IMG/VR virus record: IMGVR_UViG_3300024334_000003
Span: 1-56,985 of that record
Source of the DNA: a virus
Lineage: Duplodnaviria; Caudoviricetes
DNA: 56,985 nt
Direction: 5' to 3' (one strand)
A program made the translations under genes and the position numbers. Below are positions 44,896-55,120 of this stretch, one piece after another (position 1 is the stretch's first letter; every line of letters begins with the position of its first letter). The notes beneath the pieces are model-generated. The model was not told where the DNA came from and did no database searches. It was given only the letters and a program-made list of their open reading frames with translations.

Positions 44896-46305
44896 ATGGC
44901 CTACGGACAACAAGGGCAAAACACCCGTACAAATGCTCCAGAAGGAGCAACAAACAACGCTTTTAACTTAGGCGCACCAGTAAGCAAGTATGCTTCTTTG
45001 GGCGACTTGGCAAGCGTTCTCGCACCCGATGTGAGAAAAGACCTTATTAAAACTTTTGGAAATCAGGGTATCTCTGGTTTGTTGGAGTTGATGGGGGCTA
45101 CAAAAGCTGTAGGAACTAACGATGAGGTAACCTTCTTCGAGGAGACTCGTCTTCACCCAATTCAAGCTATTACTGCGACGGCAACTGATGCTGGAAAAAC
45201 TCAGGATTTGGTAGCTGGTGACGCTGACGCGGCTAGTGACTATGGTGATGCAGAGGCACTGAAGGTTAGAGTTGGAGACCTCGTACTTCACCCAATCGAC
45301 AAGGCGGTATGCATCGTTACAGATACTACTCCCGGTGATGGTGCTTTCACTATTGCTTCTTTTGCCAACTCAAACTTGTCTGCAATTACTGCTGCGGCAT
45401 ATGAGCTACCTATCGTGGGTAACATGTATGCTCAGGGAACGGACCAGCCGGGACGTTTTATCGAGTCTAACGTCGTGAAGAGAACTAACCCTTTCGCTAT
45501 CGTGAAAGAGACTTACCAAGTAAGTGGTTCTTCTGCAACCAACATTGGTTATATCGACACTGGTGGAGGAGATTACCGATGGTACATCAAAGGTGAGATG
45601 GATGCTCGTCAGCGTTTCCTAGACGCTAGAGAACTCACTATGTTGATGGGAAAGAAGATGGTAAATGCAAGTGGCCCTGCGGGTATCTCTGGTACTGAAG
45701 GGTACTTCGATGCTGTTGCTTCTAGAGGTATCACTTCTGCTGCTGCTACTGACTTGGATTCGGTTACTGACCTTGATGCGTTGATTGCTCTCTTGGATAA
45801 GCAAGGTGCTACTCCTGAGTATGCTGCTATGTTGAATAGCCAGCTCTTCGCTCAAATCAATAACATTCCTTCTGCTGCTGGTTCAGTTGGTAGTTCTGTT
45901 ACTTCTGGTGTTGCGGCGAACTTCGGTGCGTTCCAAAACAATCAGGACGCAGCTATCAACCTCGGTTTCCAGAGTTTCGCTAGAGGCGGATATACTTTCC
46001 ACCTTAAGAAGATGGGTCTCTTGAACAACCCTAACTTGCTCAATAATGCCTCGGGACAGGGTATTGTTAAGGGATGTATGATTCCTTTGACTAACGTTGC
46101 AGACCCTAAGACTGGTCACAGAGCTCCTGCTTTGGAGATGAACTATAAGGCTGCAAACGGATACAACAGAGAGATGGAGCACTGGGTAACTGGTGGTGGT
46201 GTACTTGGTTTCACCAATGACACTTCAGACGTTGCGAAGTTCCACTATCGCTCTGAGTGCTGCTTGGTAACTCGCGCTGCTAACCAGCACGTATTGCTCA
46301 AGTAA
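44896..46305 (+). CDS. Major capsid protein
   Basis: 469 aa after the scaffold, followed by a strong terminator; INLGFQSFARGGYTF..HYRSECCL. Confidence 0.85.
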   Translation: MAYGQQGQNTRTNAPEGATNNAFNLGAPVSKYASLGDLASVLAPDVRKDLIKTFGNQGISGLLELMGATKAVGTNDEVTFFEETRLHPIQAITATATDAGKTQDLVAGDADAASDYGDAEALKVRVGDLVLHPIDKAVCIVTDTTPGDGAFTIASFANSNLSAITAAAYELPIVGNMYAQGTDQPGRFIESNVVKRTNPFAIVKETYQVSGSSATNIGYIDTGGGDYRWYIKGEMDARQRFLDARELTMLMGKKMVNASGPAGISGTEGYFDAVASRGITSAAATDLDSVTDLDALIALLDKQGATPEYAAMLNSQLFAQINNIPSAAGSVGSSVTSGVAANFGAFQNNQDAAINLGFQSFARGGYTFHLKKMGLLNNPNLLNNASGQGIVKGCMIPLTNVADPKTGHRAPALEMNYKAANGYNREMEHWVTGGGVLGFTNDTSDVAKFHYRSECCLVTRAANQHVLLK

Positions 46306-46313
46306 TCTAATTG

Positions 46314-46356
46314 GTAATGCGGGGGAGGGAACTGCTCTCCCCCTCGTTACTTTCTT
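46314..46356 (+). terminator. Intrinsic terminator after the capsid gene
   Basis: GGGGGAGGG/CTCTCCCCC stem extended by GTAATG/CGTTAC, then TTTCTT. Confidence 0.85.
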
Positions 46357-46372
46357 AATTTAATTTTTTAAA

Positions 46373-47179
46373 ATGGAACAGACAAAGAAGCGCGGTGGTA
46401 GACCGCCTCAAAAAACTACCAAGCCATCGGGCACTTCATTTAAGAGGGTTATTCCTAATACGGATAACGCCCCAAAGACTTACGAGGTAATCAGTGGTAA
46501 TAATTTTATCTTAAAGATTTCATCAAAGAATGTTAGGGCCATTGACCCTGAAACCAAAAAGATTCGGGCTCTAAGGTATTGTCCACAGGAAAACTCACCT
46601 TGGGTCGATGAGCAAACTAACCTAGCTCAGGTAGGTCAGGTACTCTTTGACAAGAAGTATCTTACAGTTTACCCAGACCAACCTAATCTCTCCGCGTTTC
46701 TAGATAATCATCCAGACAACAAGGCGAATGGGGGTATCCTGTTTCAACTGATGAACAAGGAAGAAACGTTTGAAGCGGATATAGAGAGTGAGTTCAAGAT
46801 TAATGATGCTATCTCAATCATCAAATCAAGACCGCTAGATGAGCTCTTACCTGTTGCTCTTGCGCTAAACATCAACACCAATCAAAAAGACCTTGCCGTA
46901 AAGCACGCTCTTATTAAGATTGCGAAATCAAACCCAGATAAGTTCTTGGGTACGATTGACAGTCCGATGGTTAACGCTCGCTCCACAGTATCGCAATCTC
47001 TTGACTTTCAGGTAATTGAAGAAAGGAAAGGTGCAGTGGTTTGGTTTGACACAGGAAAGATGATTGTTTCTGTACCTGTGGGGCAGGATGCTGTGGAAGT
47101 AATGACTAGATTTGTAATGACTGATAAAGGTTCAACGGTACTCTCAGAGCTGGAACGCCAGCTAGAGGCTATTGCCTAA
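46373..47179 (+). CDS. Conserved protein downstream of the capsid gene
   Basis: RALRYCPQENSPWVDEQ..FLDNHPDN. Confidence 0.8.
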   Translation: MEQTKKRGGRPPQKTTKPSGTSFKRVIPNTDNAPKTYEVISGNNFILKISSKNVRAIDPETKKIRALRYCPQENSPWVDEQTNLAQVGQVLFDKKYLTVYPDQPNLSAFLDNHPDNKANGGILFQLMNKEETFEADIESEFKINDAISIIKSRPLDELLPVALALNINTNQKDLAVKHALIKIAKSNPDKFLGTIDSPMVNARSTVSQSLDFQVIEERKGAVVWFDTGKMIVSVPVGQDAVEVMTRFVMTDKGSTVLSELERQLEAIA

Positions 47180-47199
47180 TATCAACGTAATCATCAAGG

Positions 47200-47229
47200 G
47201 AAGGGGGGCACATAGCCCCCTTTCTTTTT
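47200..47229 (+). terminator. Intrinsic terminator, followed by a TATATTTG promoter box (47233)
   Basis: GAAGGGGGGC-ACATA-GCCCCCTTTC-TTTTT. Confidence 0.85.
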
Positions 47230-47259
47230 CTGTATATTTGCAGGAGATTCCCCTAATCC

Positions 47260-47997
47260 ATGGCAAGCGTACGAGAAGTTTACAATGCACTGAAAGACAT
47301 CGCTAATAAAGACCAGCGAGGCTTTGTTACACCCGCCCAATTCAATGCGTTTGCTCCAATCGCACAGGCTAACATATTCAATAAACTGTTCACTAAGCTC
47401 AGTGACATTGAAGCCCTGAAGAGAAGGGGTATTGACCCCGGTAGAGATAAGTCTTTGGCTAAGCAAATTAAGGAGGACTTGGCTATGTTCTCAAAGTCGT
47501 CTGGTGCAATCACCAGAACTACTGGCTCTCACTTTGCAAAACCAGATGACCTGTCTAAAATCATCACGGTAAAGACATACGGCTCAATACTAATGGATGT
47601 TTCATCATCTGTTACTGTTCCCGTTGAATACGATGAAGAAAAGCTTGAGTATATCCTAGCTAGTAATCTAAGTAAACCCACTGAGGATAATCCTGTTGCT
47701 TTCTTAGACGATGAAATCATGGTGTTTCCAGAGATGATTAATAAGATTAACGTGCGGTACTACAAACAACCAGAGGGGCTTTTGGCCACCACTGGTGCTA
47801 GAACTGTATCTATGCCCACGTTTGGATTCACGGTCGTAAATAACAAAGAGACTTACGCCGCTGCAAGTAGTGTAGACTTTGAACTTCCTGAGCATTACAT
47901 TCCTGAGATTATCGAGGAGATGGCTAGGCTTATCGGTGTTACACTGCGTGACGCTAATATCTACAACTACGCAGAGACTCAATCGCAAAAGAGATAA
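47260..47997 (+). CDS. Head-tail adaptor/tail ring protein
   Basis: NKDQRGFVTPAQFN..YYKQP..DFELPE; position before the tail gene. Confidence 0.65.
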   Translation: MASVREVYNALKDIANKDQRGFVTPAQFNAFAPIAQANIFNKLFTKLSDIEALKRRGIDPGRDKSLAKQIKEDLAMFSKSSGAITRTTGSHFAKPDDLSKIITVKTYGSILMDVSSSVTVPVEYDEEKLEYILASNLSKPTEDNPVAFLDDEIMVFPEMINKINVRYYKQPEGLLATTGARTVSMPTFGFTVVNNKETYAAASSVDFELPEHYIPEIIEEMARLIGVTLRDANIYNYAETQSQKR

Positions 47998-48000
47998 CAC

Positions 48001-48822
48001 ATGGCAAGGAACCTCGTCACCGTAGAGCAGGTAGTAAATGACTTTGTTTTAACTATTGATTCTGATGATTACGTTAGCAACGCTTCTGATGTTGTTATCA
48101 GGAACCTTGCCCTGCGTGGAATCAGGGAGATGGGTTTTGACATGCTGAAGCGGGTTCGCTCAGTAAAACTAAAACGAAACACAAACGACACCGTTGACCT
48201 TCCAGACGATTTTGTAAGCCTGATTAAGGTTGGTGTTGTGGGTAGCGATGGATTAATTCGAGTCTTTGCAGAGAACAAAAACATTAACTACTCTCAGGCA
48301 TACGCCGATATCAATGGGACAAAGGCAGCTACTACAGCTGATGCCATAGACTCTAATGGAGATGGTTTGTTTGACCGGGTGGACGATAAAGGAACTACAG
48401 CTAGTGGTGTTTTTGGTGACGAAGATTTCATTACGTTTAGTAACTACGTTTTTCAGGGAGGGGTTGGACAGATTTACGGACTAGGTGGTGGGTTTTACGA
48501 AGGTCAATACAGGTTTAATGAAGACCAAAACCGAATAGAACTTTCATCAGGTTCCGGTGATGAGGTTGTCATTGAGTATATCGCAGATGAGGCGCGTTCT
48601 TCCAACCCTACAGTTCACGTTGAGGCTGAAGAAGCTCTACGCTCTTACATGTACTACAGGTTAATCGAAAGAAAGACAAGTGTACCATTAGGTGAGAAGG
48701 GGAGAGCAAGACAAGAGTACTACAACGAGAGGAGAAAGGCGAACGCCCGACTCAAAGCATTCAGCAAAGAGGATGCACTTCAAATCATTCGTAAGAACTT
48801 CAAGCAATCACCTAAGTACTAA
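48001..48822 (+). CDS. Tail ring/tubular protein
   Basis: RGIREMGFD..LPDDFV..IEYIAD..VHVEAEEALRSY. Confidence 0.65.
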   Translation: MARNLVTVEQVVNDFVLTIDSDDYVSNASDVVIRNLALRGIREMGFDMLKRVRSVKLKRNTNDTVDLPDDFVSLIKVGVVGSDGLIRVFAENKNINYSQAYADINGTKAATTADAIDSNGDGLFDRVDDKGTTASGVFGDEDFITFSNYVFQGGVGQIYGLGGGFYEGQYRFNEDQNRIELSSGSGDEVVIEYIADEARSSNPTVHVEAEEALRSYMYYRLIERKTSVPLGEKGRARQEYYNERRKANARLKAFSKEDALQIIRKNFKQSPKY

Positions 48823-51800
48823 TGGCTATTGAGAAGCTTGTACCCCAGTATCTCAATAAGGATGAGGACGAAAGACTCGTAAAGCCTTTTGAGATGACCG
48901 ATGCGCTCAACATCCGCGTTTCACATGAGGATGACGGGCAACAAGGTGTTGTGAAAAACGTTGAGGGAAACACCGCTATAGCTGCGAGAACTGTACCAGA
49001 CAATATCCCAACCTCTGGTACAAACAGAGTCATTGGATGTGTTTCCTCTGACGCAGAAAAGAGTATCTACTTCTTTCTTTACAACTCATCCGGGAATCAC
49101 GGTATCTATTTGTATGATTCTTCTGATGATACCTACAGAAAGGTGTATGAGGATACCGTTTTAAACTTTTCCCAGAATGGTTTTGTGAAGGCTGATATTG
49201 TTGTGAATCAATTTCAAGAGCACCTGCTCTACTTCACAGACAACAGAAACGAGCCGAGAAAGATTAACGCTACTAAGGCAGTCCTCGGGCAATACAGCTC
49301 TACATTTACGGGTGGAACAGACCAAGCTAAATCGAAGTTCCTTACTGTCGCTAAAGCACCACCTCAAGATGTAATTACGTTTGCCTACCAGACCAATCAG
49401 AATCTGGGTGTAAACAACCTCAAAGAGTCTTGCTTTCAGTTCGCGTATCAATACGTCTATGATGATGGTGAGGTATCTGCGCTTTCTGCGTACTCCTCAT
49501 TAGCTGTAAGTAAGTCACACACAGCGTTTAACTCTAGAGAGTTTGGCTCACTAGAAAAAAGAAACAACGAGCTTAAGATAACAATTACTAATTCCGACGG
49601 CCCGGTTGAAAAGATTAGGTTGTTCGGAAGAAAGAACAACGAGGGAGCATTCGTTCTCATTAAAGAACTTGACAATGTTGAGCCAGTGAGCATAGGCACG
49701 CTGACCCAAGATTTTATCTTTAGGAACGATGGAGCTTACACTTTTCTTTCCGATGAAGAGGTAAACAAGTCTTTCGATGCGGTACCTAGAAGGGCTGGTG
49801 CTCAATGCGTTTCTGACGGCAGGTTAATTTATGGGAACTACCTAGAGGGGTTTGACAACATCGAGACAGATGTCTACAACTACCCAGTGTACAACCCCGA
49901 GAGTTCGCTTGGTGGAGACTACGACTTCACTGTTGACGACAACGATGCTATCGTAAGGTCAAACAACGCCTTCTACAGTAGTTTTGGAGGCTCGTACAAC
50001 ACGGACTTTGCCGAGGCTTTCTTTGCCCCGCTAAATGGCACTAGCTCAGCTAGTCCAGCTGAGTTGGATTTTGCAGCAAATCATCTTGATGGTCTTAGTT
50101 TTACAGACCCTGACAACACCAGCGATACCAGCTTCACTACGACTGGGATTCATTTTGATGTGGACCTTTCGGAGTTCCCTGAAGGGGGTTTCCCTGAGGA
50201 CATGTCTCCTTCTATTGACTTCAATGTAAATCTGTCTACGAGCAAGATTGGAATCATGTGCTCTGGGGATAATGACAGTGCTATTAACGTTCCGGCTAGT
50301 ACGTTTCAAAACGGACAGTTGGTGCACTCACAGAACTGCACGATTCTTCACCCTGACAACACGAATGGAGCACTGTCAAACTTCGCTCCAAATAGCGACA
50401 TCATATTCAATAAGCAGTTCAATGTATCTGGTGTAACAAACTTAGATGACTTTAGGAATGCTTTGATTGATGGTGTTGTTGGTCAGACTACTGCATTTGT
50501 TGGTGTGTCCCCGGGTCAGACATCGGGCTCTCAGGCTGGAGATGCCTATGGAAACAACCTTTCCTCTAACGATAATAACGCGGGTCAGTTCGGTAGGATG
50601 ACCACCCACATGGCCGCTGTTGGTGGCGCAAACCACGACTTAATCCCGTCAAACGTTAACAACAAGAACCAGTTGTTCGTTGCGTTTGCAGGCGAGTTAA
50701 AGTTTGTCATTCATTCTTCTTCGGTTATCTCGCCAACAAAAGTTAGGTTCTTTGTTAGGATGGCTGGTGTTGACCTTTCATCACAGTTTGTGAAAGGTGT
50801 AGAGAAGGGCTTCGGTTCAACTCAAACAGGGAATCAGTTTGTTGATACTTCAAACCATTCACTAGTTGCAGAAAACTATAGTGGCTACGATGTCTACGAC
50901 ATTGATGAGCACAGTGTCATCATCAACTCAACTCACATCAATGCTGATGGATTTACTGTCGAGGATTACGACAATGGCTCTAGTAGTATTAAGTCCTTGT
51001 TGTTTGATTACGATGCTGTAGGTAATGTTGATGTATTCGGAGAGTCCGATAAGGTTCAAAGCTTTAAGGCTGGTGCAACACACGACTTTGGGGTTGTTTA
51101 TTACGACGAAAGAAACAGAGCGTCTGGTGTTCAGAGGATTGACACCGTAGACGTAGCTCACTTTGGCACTTCCCAAAGGCAGGGTAGGAACGGACCGACT
51201 GCGATTGACATGAGAATCCTGCATGAGCCACCAGAGTGGGCATCAAAATGGGCTCCCGTGTACAGCAAGAACACCAGCTATGACAAGGTTATGCAGGTGA
51301 GTATTGCTGAAGCTTGCCTAGGGAAACAAACGACTTTCTCTGACATACTATCTCCTCAGAACGCTTTGGCAGATAGAGACAGACCAGTCATCGAGTCCAT
51401 CGCAGGTGGAATCAATGGTCAAATCTTCGTGTCTATGAGGCCTACTGAGGGTAAAGCAAACTCGTACAAGGAGTTTAAGGGAGGGCAGTTAGACTATCAG
51501 TATCAAGAGGGGGATGTGATGCGAATCATTGAGTACGTTGGTCCAGATGGTAGTCGTATTAGGCCACTACACGAGTTTGCAATCACCTCTTACAAGTACT
51601 ATGTAGATGATGACAAGAACCCGATTAAGCTGGCGGTTCAGTCTACGTCTGGTGACGGTGGTTCAGCTCAGTCCGATGAAAACAATTTCCGAAGAACGGG
51701 TTGGTTTTTAACTGTTAGGGACAACAACACCCCAAGGTTTAGTAGGGATGAGGTTGCTGTAGGCACGGACTTCTTTTCTCAAGGATGCGTGGTAGAAATC

Positions 51801-54155
51801 TACAGACCTCAAAAGCAACAAGAGAATAGGATTTACTACGAGATAGGTAGGTGCTATGATGTTAAAACAATAGGCGGAAATAGAACCCACGGAGGTGACC
51901 GAAGTAACACCTCATCTCCCGACTTCAGTATTACTGTTGAGGGTGAGCTTTCGTTTATCTCTTCTCAGAGGCTGTACAATGGAGATAGAGTCAACACTGG
52001 TGATAACGCAGACGGTGATGCAGTCAGTTCTACTGGTAGGGTTTTTGTCGAGAGTGTTAAGCCAGAGGGCAATGGTTTGTTTGTGTACGGCGTGCATCCA
52101 TCCAATCCATTTAGCTCTGACACTATAGGTACTACAGCATCTTCAAATAATGTAGATGCCACGGTGGGTAGCGGAAACAGTGTGTTCCCGGGTGTGATTA
52201 CACTTAGAGAGGGTGATGTTTACATGCGTATTAGGGAGCAGCTATTCAACCCTGAGTCTTTATTTGAGCCAGTGTCTGGTACCACTAGAATCTTTGACCC
52301 AACTAAGGTTGATGAGGCTAGATATAGAAAGCAAATTGTAGAGTCCGAATCTGTTAGTGACTTCTTTGATTCAAAAGCCGTTAACGTTGGCAGACCCTTC
52401 GTCGAGACTGTAGAGCAAAAGGAGATTACCCGCGAGTCGGCAGTGACTTACAGCGATAGGTTTGTGTCTGATTCTAGCAGGTTAAATCTTTCTTCGTTCA
52501 ACCCTGCGTTATTTCCTTTCAAGGACTACAACAGTCAGCATGGTATTATTACCTACTTAGTTGATGCAGGGGAGTCCTTTTTCAACCTACAAGAAAACAA
52601 GGTTAGCCTTACACCAGTAGGAAGAACACTGATTCAAAGCACAGGTCAGTCTCAACTAGTCACCTCCACTGATGTGCTGGGTAAAGAGACCTATATGTCT
52701 GGCACATACGGACCGGGAAGAAACCCAGAGTCGGTGGTTGAAAGATTCGGAAGGATTTATTTTTCTGACATGTCCTCAGGAAAAGTTATTGCGGTAACCT
52801 CATCTGGCATTAGTCCTATTAGCGACACTAAAATGGAGTCCTTCTTTGAGACCGCCTTCATGAATGCTTTTGAAAGTACATCAACCCCTAGGCTACCTTC
52901 GGGTATTGACCCAGAGAACAGCGAGTTCATAGTTACTATTGAAAGCACAGATGTCGCGCCACTGGGCTTTGGGGGCACAACCATTGGGGATATCGTTAAA
53001 CCTCCCACCAATCCAGACGTTGCCTCTGCTGACGGAAGGGTGTCAATCGTTGCATCGACCAACACTCTTACTTGGGATAAAGACGAATACCCTTGGGACA
53101 GTGCTCACATTGATGGGGACGACAGGGAGCCAATATGGAACACCACCCATGTTGGGGTTGCGTATGCAGACCTGCTAATGAAAAGAGGCTCTGTTTTCGT
53201 TGACCCAATTCATGTTGATAAGGGTGACAAGGTATCTGTGGATGTGGTCTTGAGTACATCTGGAGAGTTTAGAGGTACCGCCGAGCTGTCATGTAAAGAT
53301 GGTTCAATTAAGTTCTGCACTAAAATAATTGACATTGGGGGTGACGTTGCTTCGGATGCTTCAGATATCGTGGCGGTGGGAAGTGCCGTTACTAACAACG
53401 GAGAAACGATTGCGTACTCTACTACGAAAGAATTTTGGATGTCGAGGTACAGCTTCATACCCGAGATGTATGCTCACATACATAATAGATTCTTTTCTTT
53501 TGAAGGGGGTCAGATGTACAGGCACAACACAAACGCTACTAGAAATAACTTTTACGGTAATCAATTCAACTCTACAATAGATGTGATTTCTAAGCAAACA
53601 CCGTCCATGGTAAAGGCTTATACAGCTATGAGTCTTGAAGGAAACGACACTTGGTCTGGAACTATAGAAAACAACACACAAAACACAGCCATCACGGAAG
53701 CAATGTTTGAGGAGAAGGAAGGTATGTACTACACCAACATCCCTCGTGGTCTTGCTGCAAATGCCAGCGACTCTATTGGTACCGAAAGGATTGTACTAGG
53801 TGTTGTCGCTTCACAGGCAAACAGCAATAAAGAAATCACCTTCACCTCTAGGATTAGCAACCTTCCGTTCGGTATTGGCGATACTGTTAAAACTCTTACA
53901 GGCTCCGCAGAGGGCAATACAACCAAAACTATACAGTCCGTAAAGGACAGAAAGACAATCGTTGTAGACAGCGACCCCGGCAACCTTGTTGGTAGCACGC
54001 TAATGGCTTTATCTTCTGACGTTATTAACGGAGAGGTGTTGAGAGATTACTACGCTAAGTTCAAACTCGTAAATGACAACACGTCTGCGATTGAGCTGTA
54101 CGGAATCAATGCGGTTTATGCAGTTTCTCCATTAGATAATTCACAAAACCAGTAA
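48822..54155 (+). CDS. Tail stabilisation/nozzle protein (P22 gp10-like, crAss muzzle-like)
   Basis: LNKDEDERLV..DALNIRV..LLYFTDNRNEPRKIN..RLIYGNY..GVVYYDERNR..NPESV..W.SRYSF.PE..EKEG. Confidence 0.75.
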   Translation: MAIEKLVPQYLNKDEDERLVKPFEMTDALNIRVSHEDDGQQGVVKNVEGNTAIAARTVPDNIPTSGTNRVIGCVSSDAEKSIYFFLYNSSGNHGIYLYDSSDDTYRKVYEDTVLNFSQNGFVKADIVVNQFQEHLLYFTDNRNEPRKINATKAVLGQYSSTFTGGTDQAKSKFLTVAKAPPQDVITFAYQTNQNLGVNNLKESCFQFAYQYVYDDGEVSALSAYSSLAVSKSHTAFNSREFGSLEKRNNELKITITNSDGPVEKIRLFGRKNNEGAFVLIKELDNVEPVSIGTLTQDFIFRNDGAYTFLSDEEVNKSFDAVPRRAGAQCVSDGRLIYGNYLEGFDNIETDVYNYPVYNPESSLGGDYDFTVDDNDAIVRSNNAFYSSFGGSYNTDFAEAFFAPLNGTSSASPAELDFAANHLDGLSFTDPDNTSDTSFTTTGIHFDVDLSEFPEGGFPEDMSPSIDFNVNLSTSKIGIMCSGDNDSAINVPASTFQNGQLVHSQNCTILHPDNTNGALSNFAPNSDIIFNKQFNVSGVTNLDDFRNALIDGVVGQTTAFVGVSPGQTSGSQAGDAYGNNLSSNDNNAGQFGRMTTHMAAVGGANHDLIPSNVNNKNQLFVAFAGELKFVIHSSSVISPTKVRFFVRMAGVDLSSQFVKGVEKGFGSTQTGNQFVDTSNHSLVAENYSGYDVYDIDEHSVIINSTHINADGFTVEDYDNGSSSIKSLLFDYDAVGNVDVFGESDKVQSFKAGATHDFGVVYYDERNRASGVQRIDTVDVAHFGTSQRQGRNGPTAIDMRILHEPPEWASKWAPVYSKNTSYDKVMQVSIAEACLGKQTTFSDILSPQNALADRDRPVIESIAGGINGQIFVSMRPTEGKANSYKEFKGGQLDYQYQEGDVMRIIEYVGPDGSRIRPLHEFAITSYKYYVDDDKNPIKLAVQSTSGDGGSAQSDENNFRRTGWFLTVRDNNTPRFSRDEVAVGTDFFSQGCVVEIYRPQKQQENRIYYEIGRCYDVKTIGGNRTHGGDRSNTSSPDFSITVEGELSFISSQRLYNGDRVNTGDNADGDAVSSTGRVFVESVKPEGNGLFVYGVHPSNPFSSDTIGTTASSNNVDATVGSGNSVFPGVITLREGDVYMRIREQLFNPESLFEPVSGTTRIFDPTKVDEARYRKQIVESESVSDFFDSKAVNVGRPFVETVEQKEITRESAVTYSDRFVSDSSRLNLSSFNPALFPFKDYNSQHGIITYLVDAGESFFNLQENKVSLTPVGRTLIQSTGQSQLVTSTDVLGKETYMSGTYGPGRNPESVVERFGRIYFSDMSSGKVIAVTSSGISPISDTKMESFFETAFMNAFESTSTPRLPSGIDPENSEFIVTIESTDVAPLGFGGTTIGDIVKPPTNPDVASADGRVSIVASTNTLTWDKDEYPWDSAHIDGDDREPIWNTTHVGVAYADLLMKRGSVFVDPIHVDKGDKVSVDVVLSTSGEFRGTAELSCKDGSIKFCTKIIDIGGDVASDASDIVAVGSAVTNNGETIAYSTTKEFWMSRYSFIPEMYAHIHNRFFSFEGGQMYRHNTNATRNNFYGNQFNSTIDVISKQTPSMVKAYTAMSLEGNDTWSGTIENNTQNTAITEAMFEEKEGMYYTNIPRGLAANASDSIGTERIVLGVVASQANSNKEITFTSRISNLPFGIGDTVKTLTGSAEGNTTKTIQSVKDRKTIVVDSDPGNLVGSTLMALSSDVINGEVLRDYYAKFKLVNDNTSAIELYGINAVYAVSPLDNSQNQ

Positions 54156-54165
54156 ATTTGTAGAC

Positions 54166-55119
54166 ATGGCACTATTCAATGAACCAGAGGGGGCACCCAT
54201 TCCACCACCAAACGACCCGCCACCAAACGACCCGCCACCAAACGACCCGCCATCTTCGTCTGGCTCAAGCACCTACGCTCCTGTAGGTAAAGCCATGGGT
54301 ATGTTAGGCTCTGGTGCGGCTACTATGCTTGGTGGAGTTGTTGATATTTTTGCTGGAAATGCAGGCATTAAAAGAGGTGAGGAATCACTTGGGGTTGCGG
54401 ACGCAGAGCTTAGAAAACTCAAGGCTTCTCAGCCCTCGCTATCAACACCCTCAGAGTACTACGAGGCTGCAAAGAACGCCTATGACCAAAGATTGGTTCA
54501 GATGAGAACCGAGGACATCAACCGTTCCTTAGCTACCACAACGCAGGCAGCAGGTCAGTTCGGGGCCAGAGGTCTTGGGGCTGTGATGCAGGCTCAGCGA
54601 GATGCTCAGTCTCAGATGAGGACGGAAGCCCTCACGCAACAGCAACTTCAAACACAGGCTCTTACAAATCTGGCTGATGCAAGACAGCAGGAAGTTGGTA
54701 GACGAGAAGCACGCTCTACGAGAGACATTGATTATGGCTATGATGCAAAGGCATTAGCCCAAGCTCAGCTCGCTCAAGCTAGACAACAGCGTTCCGCTGG
54801 CATTGCTGGTGCCCTTGGAGGGGCGGCTGAGGCCGCAGTAGGTGGGGTTGCTCTATCTAAAATGATGCCTCCTAAAGTGCCTAAAGTGATGGAGGAGGGC
54901 GGTGAGGTTCAAAAGACACCGGGTGAGTTTAGCCACGAGAAAAATGAGATGTATGTAGTTGATGAAGACGGCAAGTCTATGGGTATTGCCCTTACTGGAG
55001 GTGAGTATGTTATTGCTCCAAAGGATGCTGCTCGGCTACAGAAACTTTCAGGTAAGGGTAAGTCAGGACTTCACAGCTTTGTTAGAAAGCTCGTAACTAG
55101 ATTTGAAAAAGCAGACTAA
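54166..55119 (+). CDS. Internal virion/ejection protein
   Basis: Gly/Ala/Gln-rich with hydrophobic segments; TPGEFSHEKN..TGGEYVI; TAAATTTG 5 nt upstream. Confidence 0.65.
   Translation: MALFNEPEGAPIPPPNDPPPNDPPPNDPPSSSGSSTYAPVGKAMGMLGSGAATMLGGVVDIFAGNAGIKRGEESLGVADAELRKLKASQPSLSTPSEYYEAAKNAYDQRLVQMRTEDINRSLATTTQAAGQFGARGLGAVMQAQRDAQSQMRTEALTQQQLQTQALTNLADARQQEVGRREARSTRDIDYGYDAKALAQAQLAQARQQRSAGIAGALGGAAEAAVGGVALSKMMPPKVPKVMEEGGEVQKTPGEFSHEKNEMYVVDEDGKSMGIALTGGEYVIAPKDAARLQKLSGKGKSGLHSFVRKLVTRFEKAD
54205..54252 (+). repeat. 15-bp tandem repeat x3 encoding PPNDP
   Basis: ccaccaaacgacccg in three perfect copies. Confidence 0.95.
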
Positions 55120-55120
55120 G

